This document shows, one piece after another, positions 1 through 9,432 of a stretch of DNA of 32,000 nt (its first letter is position 1; each line of letters begins with the position of its first letter). The stretch is from Candidatus Saccharimonadota bacterium (GTDB taxonomy: Bacteria; Pseudomonadota; Gammaproteobacteria; Enterobacterales; Enterobacteriaceae). The position numbers and the translations under genes are program-made. The stretch is taken from contig CP145872.1 of NCBI GenBank assembly GCA_041941795.1, positions 210,001 to 242,000 on the forward strand. The letters are read 5' to 3'. The notes beneath the pieces were generated by a model. That model worked only from the letters and a program-made list of their open reading frames with translations, was not told where the DNA came from and did no database searches.

Positions 1-715
1 GGTAACCAATATCAGGAACACAGTCAATAATTTGTTCTCCATCAAGTTGTAGGATTATCCTAAAAGCTCCATGGGCAGAAGGATGATTAGGTCCAAAATT
101 AAGAAACATAAAATCTCTCTCTTCATTTCCACGTGACATTCCCCAATTTTCTGGAATAAATTTCAATGCTTCCATTTCTATCTCTTCTTTTATTTTAGTT
201 AGATGATAGGGCTGAAATTCGGTAGCTCGAGCCGGATAATCTTTTCTTAAGGGAAAACCACTCCATTGGGATGGCAACAGGATTCTCGTTAGATGAGGAT
301 GACCTAGGAAAGTAATACCAAACATATCCCAAATTTCCCGTTCATACCAATTTGCATTAACAAATAAATTAGTCAATGATGATATCTGGAGATTATGCAT
401 CAATAATGCCACTTTTATCATGATATCGGCATTTCTTTCAATGGAAATAAAATGATAAAACACAGTAAAATCAGCTGGAGGTAACTCATTTCGGTGAGTT
501 CTAACACGCTCATCTATTGCATGAAGATCATAGAGCATGAGATAAGGATCTCGAACAATATTACGTAAAAAATTCACTATTTCTATAAGTTTATGACGAT
601 CAATCCAAATAACTGGAAAATCCATGCAAGTAGTCTGTAATTTGAGACATTCTCTACCAAAATTATTAGAGAGTTCACTAATTATTTGATACTTATAATT
701 ATTGACGCCCTCCAT
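1..715 (-). CDS. nuoC: NADH-quinone oxidoreductase subunit C/D (fused NuoCD), N-terminal part. The gene continues beyond the 5' edge of the window.
   Basis: Absent from the ORF track because it runs off the window. My reverse-strand translation from the ATG at 715-713 reads [24 protein letters not shown]...[21 protein letters not shown]...[38 protein letters not shown]. This is colinear with E. coli NuoC(D), and the gene lies directly downstream of nuoA-nuoB. Confidence 0.9.
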   Translation of the reverse strand, partial: MEGVNNYKYQIISELSNNFGRECLKLQTTCMDFPVIWIDRHKLIEIVNFLRNIVRDPYLMLYDLHAIDERVRTHRNELPPADFTVFYHFISIERNADIMIKVALLMHNLQISSLTNLFVNANWYEREIWDMFGITFLGHPHLTRILLPSQWSGFPLRKDYPARATEFQPYHLTKIKEEIEMEALKFIPENWGMSRGNEERDFMFLNFGPNHPSAHGAFRIILQLDGEQIIDCVPDIGY

Positions 716-790
716 GGGTAAGAAATGTTTATAGTTATTATTATATTTATTCACAAGAATATTATATAGCAGCTATTTTTCTTATATTAT

Positions 791-1468
791 TTATGAAATT
801 TTATCAGGACTAGGTAAAGTAGTCACTGACATGCGTTCCGTTCTTTTTATATTACGTTCGGAGATAAAACTGGGACGTCGATAAAAATATTGACCTTCGG
901 GATCTATCATCCACGAGAGAGGACGCGATTCCTTAGTGATTACCTTTTGCAACAGTAAAAGAGCTTGGATATAAGCTTCCGGTCGCGGGGGACAACCCGG
1001 AATGTAGATATCTACTGGTAAAAACTTATCTACTCCTTGCACTACCGAATATATATCGTACATTCCACCCGAATTAGCACAAGATCCCATTGATATAACC
1101 CATTTAGGAGCTAACATTTGATCATAAAGACGTTTGATGATAGGAGCCATTTTGATAAATGGAGTTCCTGCTACTACCATAAAATCCGCTTGTCGGGGAG
1201 ATGCCCTCAAAACTTCAGATCCAAATCTCGCAATATCATGTACAGCAGTAAATGCCGTTACCATTTCCACGTAACAACATGAAAGACCAAAGTTATACGG
1301 CCATAAGGAATTTTTTCGACCCCAATTTACTAATTTATGAAGAACTTGTTCTAATTTTCCCATATATACATTCTGCTGAACTACTTCTTCTAAATTATCT
1401 CTCTCTTGATCAGAATAATTTTTCGATAAATTGGCTTTTGATTGTATTTTAGTAATTGTATAGTTCAT
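791..1468 (-). CDS. nuoB: NADH-quinone oxidoreductase subunit B
   Basis: 225 aa. Long identical runs to E. coli NuoB ([37 protein letters not shown]). Position in the nuoA-B-C order is conserved. Confidence 0.95.
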   Translation of the reverse strand: MNYTITKIQSKANLSKNYSDQERDNLEEVVQQNVYMGKLEQVLHKLVNWGRKNSLWPYNFGLSCCYVEMVTAFTAVHDIARFGSEVLRASPRQADFMVVAGTPFIKMAPIIKRLYDQMLAPKWVISMGSCANSGGMYDIYSVVQGVDKFLPVDIYIPGCPPRPEAYIQALLLLQKVITKESRPLSWMIDPEGQYFYRRPSFISERNIKRTERMSVTTLPSPDKIS

Positions 1469-1509
1469 CTTAGTGCCTGGAGACTTAATATGATTCGACG
1501 AAATTATAA

Positions 1510-1908
1510 CTAACGTATATTAATAAATTTATTGGGAATAGAAGTCCGCATTAATATTTTCCATTTAAGAGCCTTATTATGTACTAAATAAATTAAACTT
1601 GATATTAGGATTATACTAAAAATAGATACTTCAAAAAATCCTAGCCACCCACTATCCCGAACAGTAATGGCCCAAATATATAAATAAAGTGCTTCGATAT
1701 CAAAAATTACAAATAATAAAGCTATTAAGTAAAATTTAGCCGAAAAACGCAAGCGAGCACTACCTACAGACTGCACTCCAGATTCAAAAGGAATATTTTT
1801 ACTATAACCGGTACTTTTCCCCCCCAATAACCATGAAATGCATAGAATGATAGTACATATTCCTAAAGAGACCATGCAATAAATCATAAATGATCCTAAA
1901 TTGAGCAT
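1510..1908 (-). CDS. nuoA: NADH-quinone oxidoreductase subunit A
   Basis: 132 aa with three hydrophobic segments. Carries the NuoA motifs (YE.G, FDIE..YLYPWA-like [12 protein letters not shown]). It is the first gene of the nuo cluster. Confidence 0.9.
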   Translation of the reverse strand: MLNLGSFMIYCMVSLGICTIILCISWLLGGKSTGYSKNIPFESGVQSVGSARLRFSAKFYLIALLFVIFDIEALYLYIWAITVRDSGWLGFFEVSIFSIILISSLIYLVHNKALKWKILMRTSIPNKFINIR

Positions 1909-2528
1909 ATATTTTCATCCTCCTTATTGGAAATATTACATAAATTCTTGAAATATATATTTTTAAGTAATTAACTTTCTCGATATTAATTTTGAATTGT
2001 AAGATGAATATAAACTGACGTTTTGATGATAGTTTATGAGCATTAGATTTATCTGGAAAATTCGCTCATCTCTTCTTTTTCTCTATAAATAGATTCTAAT
2101 GGACTTTATGGCTCGTAAAAAATCGTTAATTGACAGAATATCATTGATAGAGAGAAAATTCTTCAATTTATCTAGTAAAGATAAAGGTAAATAAAAGTTT
2201 TTCTGCATACTTAATTTGAGTAATATTTACGATTAATTGAAAAATTCTATCTCAATGTTAGATAGACTAGTAACATTATTATGAAATAAACTTCTTTTAT
2301 ATTATTAAATATTTCCTAAGATGTAAATCTTAATAGAGGACAGCAATAGTCAAATATATAATCTATACTATGGTTAGAATTAACATTCTAACTCATTAGA
2401 AAATTTCAGGTAAAATATATACATATTTATGTAATAAAACATCGTTACAAGAGAATCACATCTATACTCTTAATCACAACAGTGAGTAAGTCAATAATTC
2501 TCTATTATACTGCACTAGGGAGAATAAA

Positions 2529-3476
2529 ATGTCAGCAGATAACTCTATAAATACTATCCATGAAGAAGCAAATATGCATTTAAAGAAAATTTCATGGGAT
2601 GCAATATTTGCCGGTTTAATATCTACCTTAGTAATAGAGCTTGTATTATTACTATTAGGAACTGCAGTAGGGGCAAGTTCTATTTTTCCTTTGAATGATA
2701 CTAATCCGCTTGCTAATATAGCAATGGGTCCAATCATATGGACATCAATTAGCATGATGATTGCACTGTCAATAGGATCATATCTATCAGGAATGATTGC
2801 TGCTCGTGAAGGAGTTCTACATGGAATGTTGGTGTGGGCAATTAAAACATTAATTTGTTTAACTTTAATAAGCATACTTTTTACACAAGTTATCAGTGGA
2901 ACCATGAGTTTATTAGGAACAGGTTTACAAGCGGCCAGTAAAAGTGCTTCTGTTATCGCTGTACACGCCTCTAAATTAGCCAGCCAAAAGTTTCAAGATA
3001 ATAACATTAACTTAGAGGATTTAAAATCGGAACTAATTAATACTATGCATGATGTTTATGAAAAATCATTAACACAGAACTCTGGATCTGATCAAATATT
3101 ATCTCCCTCTCAAGCTCCGGTTTTGCCATCTAAAGAATCTATAGATAATGAGATTATTCAATGGTTACAATCTTTTCTCCAAGGCAATAAAAGTTCTCTC
3201 CAAACTGAAGATCGAGAAAATTTCAAAAAAATATTAAAATCACATCTCCGAATAAGTGATACTCAAGCAGACACTTTAGTACAAAAAGTAGAAGAAATAT
3301 ATCATACTTGGAAAAGTAAGGTAGGATCTACGGCTAAAAAAGCGGCATATAAAACTGCTCATACGATATCTAAAGCAAGTTGGTTTTTATTTTTTCTACT
3401 AATAGTAGAAGCTATAATAGCTGGTACTATGGCTCAACTAGGATATCGTAATAAAAATCTCTTTTATAATAGATAA
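2529..3476 (+). CDS. Hypothetical integral membrane protein: 3 N-terminal TM helices, a hydrophilic K/E/Q/S-rich linker of about 150 aa, and 1 C-terminal TM helix. No family recognised.
   Basis: 315-aa ORF preceded by GGGAGA 6 nt upstream of the ATG. Hydrophobic helices of consistent length: AIFAGLISTLVIELVLLLLGTAVGA, MGPIIWTSISMMIALSIGSYLSGMIAA, GMLVWAIKTLICLTLISILF, WFLFFLLIVEAIIAGTMAQLG. Followed by a strong terminator hairpin. The product is not recognised from memory. Confidence 0.6.
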   Translation: MSADNSINTIHEEANMHLKKISWDAIFAGLISTLVIELVLLLLGTAVGASSIFPLNDTNPLANIAMGPIIWTSISMMIALSIGSYLSGMIAAREGVLHGMLVWAIKTLICLTLISILFTQVISGTMSLLGTGLQAASKSASVIAVHASKLASQKFQDNNINLEDLKSELINTMHDVYEKSLTQNSGSDQILSPSQAPVLPSKESIDNEIIQWLQSFLQGNKSSLQTEDRENFKKILKSHLRISDTQADTLVQKVEEIYHTWKSKVGSTAKKAAYKTAHTISKASWFLFFLLIVEAIIAGTMAQLGYRNKNLFYNR

Positions 3477-3495
3477 GAAAAATTAAATTTTCAAT

Positions 3496-3528
3496 AAAAA
3501 AACAGGTGAATCAACAACACCTGTTTTT
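3496..3528. terminator. Bidirectional rho-independent terminator between the convergent membrane-protein ORF and ubiX
   Basis: aaaaaaaCAGGTG-aatcaacaa-CACCTGttttt. A GC-containing 6-bp stem extends to 11 bp through A:T pairs, with a 9-nt loop. A T5 run follows on the + strand and a T7 run on the - strand. It lies 20 nt after the + ORF stop and 30 nt after the ubiX stop. Confidence 0.75.
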
Positions 3529-3557
3529 ACTGAATTTTATCTTAAAAAAAGATCCAA

Positions 3558-4145
3558 TTATCGTTTTAAATCTAACGGTATTCCTGTCCACCGATAAAAT
3601 AAATCGTTTTTAGTGGTTATGGCAAACTGATCTAATACTCTAATGATACTCTGATCTAAAATATCCTCTATCCTTTTAGGATTATGATAAAATGCCGGTA
3701 CAAGAGGCATGATGACTGCTCCATTTTCCGCTACCATAGACATCAATCGTAAATGTCCTAAATGCAGTGGTGTTTCTCTTATACATAAGACTAATCTTCG
3801 ACGTTCTTTTAATATCACATCTGCAGCTCGAGTAAGTAAACTATCAGTATAACTATGAGCAATACCAGAAAGAGTTTTCATAGAACACGGAACAATCACC
3901 ATTCCATCAGTTTTAAAAGATCCAGATGAAAGAGATGAGGCGATATTACGAACATCATGTACACTATCAGCCATAACTTTTAAATCTTTTAAAGAATAAT
4001 TAGTTTCTAAATTTAAAGTGTGACGAGCCGATAAACTCATGACTAAATGAGTTTCTACCCCATGAATGTTTTTTAATATTTGTAATATACGTATCCCATA
4101 AATTATTCCTGTTGCACCTGATATCCCTATAATTATGCGTTTCAT
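3558..4145 (-). CDS. ubiX: Flavin prenyltransferase UbiX
   Basis: From MKRIIIGISGATG the sequence is colinear with E. coli UbiX (MKRLIVGISGASG...SSGSF...PCS.KTLSGI.HSY...LKERR.LVL..RETPLHLGHLRLM...PAFYH.P). The track ORF starts 22 codons further upstream at a TTG that has no homology support. Confidence 0.9.
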   Translation of the reverse strand: MKRIIIGISGATGIIYGIRILQILKNIHGVETHLVMSLSARHTLNLETNYSLKDLKVMADSVHDVRNIASSLSSGSFKTDGMVIVPCSMKTLSGIAHSYTDSLLTRAADVILKERRRLVLCIRETPLHLGHLRLMSMVAENGAVIMPLVPAFYHNPKRIEDILDQSIIRVLDQFAITTKNDLFYRWTGIPLDLKR

Positions 4146-4343
4146 GACTAAAATTATACCTATCTCGGGAATAAGCTCCTTATTCCAGTTTAAATAGTAT
4201 TTGGGGACCAAAAAGTTCTTACGATCCTTGAGAACAACAGTTATATTTTATTGAATACTACGATCTTAATTTCAGACAAGATTTTTCAAATCTAATCTTA
4301 TATCTAAGAAAAAATCTATCTTATTCATTTTTAAAAATTTTTC

Positions 4344-5624
4344 TTATAAGATTGAACTGTATTCCTTATTCAGACAAGATATCACCTGCGCAACAGTATA
4401 AAACGAACCAGAAGCAAGCACAATATCATTCTTATCAGCTTTATGCATTGCATAATTCCACGCTTGTGAAATTCTATTAAAAATTTTCGCTTGTGGTAAA
4501 TATTTCGATAACTTAACGGCTGATGTACCTCGCAAACCGGGAGTAGAAGCACAATACCAATAATCAATTTGATTAACTAAATTTTTTATTATACCTTCTA
4601 TATCCTTATCACAGAGAATTCCTATTACCGCATGTTTTTTTCCACCTGTTCTAGTAGAGGAGTAATATAGCTCTAGTTGTTTAGCCAACCGCTGGGCGGC
4701 CTGTGGATTATGAGCCACATCTAGAATAACCTTAGGTTTAAGGTCAATAATTTGAAATCTTCCTGGTAAAGCAATAGTGGGTAAAGAAGAAATAATAATC
4801 TTTTTACTGATCTTTAAAGAAGAATAACGTAAAGCGGCTATTGCCGTAGCAGCATTTTCTACAGGAATTTTAGGGAAAGGTAGATCTCTAATACAATCTT
4901 TTTCATCATAAAAACTCCAGTTCTCAGTATTCTGAATATAGATCCAATGATAATTAACTATATACAGAACAGCCTGACTTTTATAGGCTTCTTTAGTTAG
5001 AATATTAATGGAATTATTTAATTCACCAATAATAGCAGGTTTGTGGGACCGGAATATTCCCGATTTTTCACGGCCAATACTGACTATATCTGTCCCTAAT
5101 AAGGTTGTATGATCTAAACCGATAGAAGTAATTACTGATATATCAGAATCAATGATATTAGTAGCATCAAGACGACCTCCTAATCCTACTTCTAAAATAA
5201 CTACATCTAAAGTAAATTGGGTAAATAAATAGAGTGCTACTAATGTAGTAAATTCAAACCAAGAGATTAAGATATTATTACAGTAGGATTCTATTACTGA
5301 AAAAGCTAATGTATATGCTTCGTCTTCTAACTCATGACCTTTTATACGAATTCGTTCAGTATAACGTAGTAAGTGAGGAGAAGTATAAACTCCGGTACGA
5401 TAACCAGCAGCTAACAGTATCATTTCCATTGCCCTGCACGTCGTACCCTTACCATTCGTTCCTCCTACAGTAAATATTATAGGAGCTGGTTGAAGTAAGT
5501 TTAGTTTCTTCGCTACTTTTCTAATCCTCTCCAGACCTAATAGTATTTGAGATGGATATCTATTTTGTATAAACTTCAACCATGTAGTTAATGAAGATGA
5601 TGCGTTAGGTGGATGCTGATTCAA
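4344..5624 (-). CDS. folC: Bifunctional folylpolyglutamate synthase / dihydrofolate synthase
   Basis: 426 aa, colinear with E. coli FolC (TVGGTNGKGTT, SPHL.RYTERIRI, LEVGLGGRLDATNI, IGREK.GIFR, LPGRFQI, DVAHNP). Apparent TTG start preceded by AGAGGA 6 nt upstream. It starts 13 nt after the truA stop codon. Confidence 0.9.
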   Translation of the reverse strand: MNQHPPNASSSLTTWLKFIQNRYPSQILLGLERIRKVAKKLNLLQPAPIIFTVGGTNGKGTTCRAMEMILLAAGYRTGVYTSPHLLRYTERIRIKGHELEDEAYTLAFSVIESYCNNILISWFEFTTLVALYLFTQFTLDVVILEVGLGGRLDATNIIDSDISVITSIGLDHTTLLGTDIVSIGREKSGIFRSHKPAIIGELNNSINILTKEAYKSQAVLYIVNYHWIYIQNTENWSFYDEKDCIRDLPFPKIPVENAATAIAALRYSSLKISKKIIISSLPTIALPGRFQIIDLKPKVILDVAHNPQAAQRLAKQLELYYSSTRTGGKKHAVIGILCDKDIEGIIKNLVNQIDYWYCASTPGLRGTSAVKLSKYLPQAKIFNRISQAWNYAMHKADKNDIVLASGSFYTVAQVISCLNKEYSSIL

Positions 5625-5630
5625 GTAGTA

Positions 5631-5648
5631 TCCTCTATCTTAGAGAGC
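5631..5648. repeat. Copy 1 of an 18-bp perfect direct repeat (tcctctatcttagagagc). It spans the last two truA codons, the truA stop, and the folC Shine-Dalgarno.
   Basis: Exact 18-mer match to 6682-6699 in the same orientation, 1051 bp apart. Eight of the 18 bases are G/C, so a chance match in this AT-rich window is unlikely. Confidence 0.85.
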
Positions 5649-6431
5649 TATAAATAATGGACCTAATGTAATTTTAGGTAAAAGAAAATGTTCTGGATAA
5701 TCAGTCGATACTAGATATAATCCTTCTGCCTTAGCTGTCGAAGCAGCTAAAGTTCTTTTTTTCCCTGCTAATATTTGAGCCATCCACTCTTCTGGGTGTT
5801 TACCAGATCCAATTTCTATTAAACATCCTACAATATTGCGTACCATATGTTGCAAAAAAGAATTAGCTTTCATATCTACTATAATATAAGAACCATATCG
5901 ATAGACATTCAGATATATAATATTACGGTAAGGAGTTGTTGATTGGCAATGCAATGATCGAAAAGTAGTATAATCATTTTCTCCCAGTAAATATTGTCCC
6001 GCTCGATGCATGACCTCATAATCTAAAGGTAGAGGATAATGTAATACTCGTGAATTTAACAGTGCTGGTCTTAACATATGATTATATATCACATAACGAT
6101 AATGACGAGAAATAGCACTAAATCGAGCATGAAAATGAGATGAAACATTTTGTACCCAGCGGACTGCAATATCTTTGGGAAGATAACTATTAACTCCTCT
6201 ACTCCAAGAAACTATTTTACGACTTGCAGTAGTTTCAAAATGTATTATCTGTCCTAAGCTATGTACTCCCGCATCAGTTCTACCCGCTCCTACTGTGCTA
6301 ACAGAATGATTAGCGACCATTGTTAATGCTTCTTCTAAAGCAGTCTGCACCGTAGGTACGTTATGTTGTCTTTGCCAACCAAAATATCTCGTCCCATCAT
6401 ATTCAATACAGATTGCAATTTTCTTTCTCAC
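5640..6431 (-). CDS. truA: tRNA pseudouridine(38-40) synthase TruA
   Basis: 263 aa. Carries the TruA motifs ([20 protein letters not shown] catalytic Asp, [23 protein letters not shown]). Confidence 0.92.
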   Translation of the reverse strand: MRKKIAICIEYDGTRYFGWQRQHNVPTVQTALEEALTMVANHSVSTVGAGRTDAGVHSLGQIIHFETTASRKIVSWSRGVNSYLPKDIAVRWVQNVSSHFHARFSAISRHYRYVIYNHMLRPALLNSRVLHYPLPLDYEVMHRAGQYLLGENDYTTFRSLHCQSTTPYRNIIYLNVYRYGSYIIVDMKANSFLQHMVRNIVGCLIEIGSGKHPEEWMAQILAGKKRTLAASTAKAEGLYLVSTDYPEHFLLPKITLGPLFIAL

Positions 6432-6681
6432 TTTACTTTCCGACCCAATACTTTTTTTTATCTTCAGTAAGATTGACGATTATAATTTTTAATTATAGGT
6501 ACAATTAACAACATCTATATATATATTCGATATTAACAATGTTATTTAGTAATTGGTACTAGGATCATTATCCAAATATATATATTCTAACATCTTGACT
6601 TATAATTTATGTACCCGATGACATTCTTCTTGGTTCTGATCAACGATCATATCGAAATAATATTTTTCAATACATCAATAT

Positions 6682-6699
6682 TCCTCTATCTTAGAGAGC
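6682..6699. repeat. Copy 2 of the 18-bp perfect direct repeat, in the spacer upstream of truA
   Basis: Identical to 5631-5648. On the - strand the upstream flank still loosely resembles the truA 3' end (cct gtt ttt .. at gct ctc taa versus cca tta ttt ata gct ctc taa). Confidence 0.85.
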
Positions 6700-7215
6700 A
6701 TCTTCAAAAAACAGGAATAATATTCCAAAAAGACTTTTTTAATCACTAACATAGTAGTTAATAATACTAAATAAATTTTTCACGTTAATGTCTTCCTAAG
6801 TAAGAAAATTTTCTCGGATTTAACAACGAAACGAATAATTTTTTCTTATTCCAGATAGAGGATGAGTTGAGAAGAGAAGAATCTGGGGATCAAAGAACGA
6901 AAAAAATATTTTTTCTTCTTATCCTCGAAGATAATCCTCTTCACTCCTTTTGAAACTTTTTTCTAAATGATATTTATGTGGATAATCAATTTTTAAATAC
7001 TCTAATAATTTTGACTTTTTAAACTTTGACTTACGATGGTCAGTAGTAGCTGCCGAATCGCCGCTATATTTAGCGTTTTCAGTTACGAATTCGTATCTAT
7101 TATTAGATTATCTATATTTAATCAATTGATCACTCCCTATTTTGGGTAGTTCAGTTCTACTCACAAACACTAATTCATAAAAGTATATTTCGATGGGGAT
7201 AGAATACTTTTTTTT
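6682..7215 (-). pseudogene. truA: Degraded partial second copy of the truA 3' end (about the last 90 codons), with frameshift and stops
   Basis: Reverse-strand frames read PIEIYFYELVFVSRTELPKIGSDQLIKYR*, then after a frameshift YEFVTENAKYSGDSAATTDHRKSKFKKSKLLEYLKIDYPHKYHLEK. This is colinear with the TruA C-terminus [19 protein letters not shown]......[25 protein letters not shown]. There is no start codon and no ORF of 60 aa or more. The region ends at repeat copy 2. Confidence 0.55.
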
Positions 7216-7260
7216 ATTAGCTAGTCGTAATATTCCATTCTCTAACCTTGTGAGCCGATA

Positions 7261-8466
7261 TTACTCTTTAGTAAATAAAACTGAACCAATAGCATTACAT
7301 AAAAAGTCCATATTCTGTGTTGTCATACCAGCTACATTTATTCTGCCGTTATTTAAAAAATAAATGCCAAATTCTTTACGCAAACGTAAAACGTGTTGTG
7401 AAGATAGACCACTATAAGAAAACATTCCATGTTGCTTAGTGATAAAACTAAAATCTCTTTGAATTCCTTTCTTCTTTAGAGAACTGACAAACAAAGACCG
7501 CATTTTGGTGATTCGATCACGCATCCATGAAAGTTCATTCTGCCACAGCTGGTTAAGATTATCATTTTTTAATATAGTACTAACTATAGCTGCTCCATGA
7601 GCCGGAGGATTAGAATAAGAAGTACGGATAATAGCTTTTAACTGACTCAGGACCCTATTTGCTACATTATTATTCTGAGCTATCAATGTTAAACTTCCAA
7701 CCCGTTCATTATATAACCCCATATTTTTAGAATATGAACTTGCAACCAACAATTCTTCATTATACTTTGTAAAAAGTTGCAGACCTCTTGCATCTTCTTC
7801 TAAATTTTTATCAAATCCCTGATAAGCAAAATCAAAGAATGCTAAGCAGTGATTTTTTTGACAGAAAAGAGCCAATTCCTTCCATTCTTCTCTATTAGGA
7901 TCAATACCAGTCGGATTATGACAACAGCCATGAAAAAGTACTATATCTCCTGGGTGAACTTTATTTTTCAAATAACATACTAATTTATCAAATGATAAAG
8001 TATGAGTATTAGATTCCCACCAAGGATATTCGCAAACTTCTAAACCTGCAACCATAAATATATTTTTGTGATTAGGCCAACTCGGACTACTAATCCAGAT
8101 CCGCTTATTTTTAGTTTTTGTAGCAAGTAAATCGGCCGCAATACGCAAAGCACTGGTTCCTCCGGGAGTTTGTACAGTTCTAATACGGTTTTCTTCGAAA
8201 ATTTTATTTTTCTCCCCAAATAATAATGCTTGAGTATAAGTAGAAAAATTAGTCATACCATCGATACTCAAATAATTTTTACTCTTTTCTTGCTCTAACA
8301 AAATTTTTTCTGCTTTTTTTACGCTTTTTAAAATGGGAGTTTGACCTGTTTCATCGGTATACACACCAATACCGAGATTAATTTTATTAGTTCGGGAATC
8401 TGCAGAAAACTGTTCAGTTAATCCTAAAATAGGATCATGAGAAGCCGCTTCTATTTGTTCAAACAT
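7261..8466 (-). CDS. aspC: Aspartate aminotransferase
   Basis: From MFEQIEAASHDPILGL the sequence is colinear with E. coli AspC (MFENITAAPADPILGL...INLGIGVY.DETG.TP...HGCCHNPTGIDP...SSYSKN.GLYNERVG...YSNPPAHGA). The 10 upstream codons in the track ORF have no homology support. Confidence 0.9.
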   Translation of the reverse strand: MFEQIEAASHDPILGLTEQFSADSRTNKINLGIGVYTDETGQTPILKSVKKAEKILLEQEKSKNYLSIDGMTNFSTYTQALLFGEKNKIFEENRIRTVQTPGGTSALRIAADLLATKTKNKRIWISSPSWPNHKNIFMVAGLEVCEYPWWESNTHTLSFDKLVCYLKNKVHPGDIVLFHGCCHNPTGIDPNREEWKELALFCQKNHCLAFFDFAYQGFDKNLEEDARGLQLFTKYNEELLVASSYSKNMGLYNERVGSLTLIAQNNNVANRVLSQLKAIIRTSYSNPPAHGAAIVSTILKNDNLNQLWQNELSWMRDRITKMRSLFVSSLKKKGIQRDFSFITKQHGMFSYSGLSSQHVLRLRKEFGIYFLNNGRINVAGMTTQNMDFLCNAIGSVLFTKE

Positions 8467-8858
8467 ATTATTAATTCCATCCATCACTAAAGCCAAAAAG
8501 ATTAATTATATTGGAAATATTATAAACTTTGACAGTATTAATATAAGTTGAGTTAATCAAATCACAATACAACTGGAGATTAAAAATTAGTAAAAAGCAC
8601 AATCAAAGTTTATATTCACCGTTTTAATAATAACTTTATATTTCTCTCCTCCAATAGTAATGACAAAATTTTTAACACCTCACTCCGTTAATTTCTTCAC
8701 AAGAAAAATCAGAAAAGATATCTTTATTATTTTTTCCTAGGTAATATTGAACTTTATTAAAGAACGTACTTCCTATCAAAAAGAAATTATGTTAATAGAA
8801 AACATGAATATTCTTTTTTTAAATTTGTTTTATTAGCACTAACTGGTGGATTAACTCA

Positions 8859-9062
8859 ATGCCTTTAATAATAACCCAAAAGTGTATACAATGTGATATT
8901 TGCGTTCCAGAATGTCCAAGTAATGCCATATCAATGTCGAAAGATTTTTATACCATCAATATCCAACGATGTACTGAATGTATAGGTATTTATTCTCGTC
9001 CTAATTGTCAAAAAGTTTGTCCCATTAATAATGCTATTACTAGAATTAAAACTAATAATTAG
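8859..9062 (+). CDS. yfhL: Small 4Fe-4S ferredoxin, YfhL-like (C-terminally short)
   Basis: 67 aa. Matches E. coli YfhL ([27 protein letters not shown]...CTEC.G.Y..P.CQKVCPI). Two CxxCxxC..CP clusters are present. Adjacency to acpS is conserved. The 3' end overlaps acpS by 11 bp. Confidence 0.8.
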   Translation: MPLIITQKCIQCDICVPECPSNAISMSKDFYTINIQRCTECIGIYSRPNCQKVCPINNAITRIKTNN

Positions 9063-9432
9063 TTTCTATAATTACTGTTGCCAAAGCATACTCTCTTTCA
9101 TCTGTTATGGTAACATGAATACATTTTACCCCTATATCTTCTGCTATTAAAGCTACAGTCTGCCAACATTTTAAATGTGGTTGACCATAGTCATCATGAA
9201 AAATTTCAAATTGTTGGAATATTTTACCAGATCTGAGACCAAATGCTTTTGCGGCCGCTTCTTTAACTGCAAAACGTTTGGCAAGAAAATGAACGGGATA
9301 ACAATTTTTATTAAATTCTCTCCTTTCATAATCAGATAATATTCGGTTAGAAAATTTTTCTCCGTATTTAGAGACTACTTCTGCAATTCTTTTTATTTCA
9401 ACTAAATCACTACCTACCCCTATAATTCCCAT
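9052..9432 (-). CDS. acpS: Holo-[acyl-carrier-protein] synthase
   Basis: 126 aa. MGIIGVGSDLVEI.RI start and FAVKEAAAKA(F)G motif typical of AcpS. Sits next to yfhL as in E. coli. Confidence 0.9.
   Translation of the reverse strand: MGIIGVGSDLVEIKRIAEVVSKYGEKFSNRILSDYERREFNKNCYPVHFLAKRFAVKEAAAKAFGLRSGKIFQQFEIFHDDYGQPHLKCWQTVALIAEDIGVKCIHVTITDEREYALATVIIETNY

Noticed and set aside
2474-2905. 143-aa ORF on the - strand, overlapping the start of the 315-aa membrane-protein ORF.
   Set aside because: It lies entirely antisense to a longer ORF that has a Shine-Dalgarno, regular TM helices and a terminator. It has no recognisable motifs and no RBS. It is most likely a shadow ORF.
4146-4211. N-terminal extensions of track ORFs: ubiX 4146-4211, aspC 8467-8496, murA 22362-22367, rpsI 23539-23598, rplM 23979-23996.
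   Set aside because: Homology to the E. coli proteins begins at internal ATG codons ([38 protein letters not shown]). The extensions start at TTG or weaker contexts, or overlap the upstream gene.
6764-6790. A segment of about 27 nt (core aacgtgaaaaattt on the - strand) is similar to 26365-26391 inside the ftsE relic, with 23/27 identities. This raised the possibility of a dispersed repeat.
   Set aside because: The sequence is AT-rich and of low complexity. With a per-site match probability near 0.3, several matches of this quality are expected by chance within a 32-kb self-comparison. The flanks do not align convincingly.
6853-6863. An 11-nt inverted match (agatagaggat) to the folC RBS / 18-mer repeat region, together with an imperfect palindrome over 6853-6945.
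   Set aside because: An 11-mer match is expected many times by chance. The palindrome arms are purine- and pyrimidine-rich, low in complexity, and contain several mismatches.
7182-7215. An imperfect hairpin (agtatatttc...gaatact) followed by T8, 45 nt below the aspC stop. I considered it as a terminator.
   Set aside because: The stem needs a bulge and is almost all A:T. The T8 run is on the + strand, the wrong side for aspC, where only TTTT follows. The segment also lies within the truA-like relic. Support is insufficient.
8529-8557. Sigma-70-like promoter hexamers: TTGACA-17-GTTAAT at 8529-8557(+), and TTGAAT-17-TAAAAA at 26045-26073(-) upstream of rpoH.
   Set aside because: Near-consensus -10 and -35 hexamers occur by chance throughout AT-rich spacers. 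Without transcript 5'-end data these calls cannot be supported.
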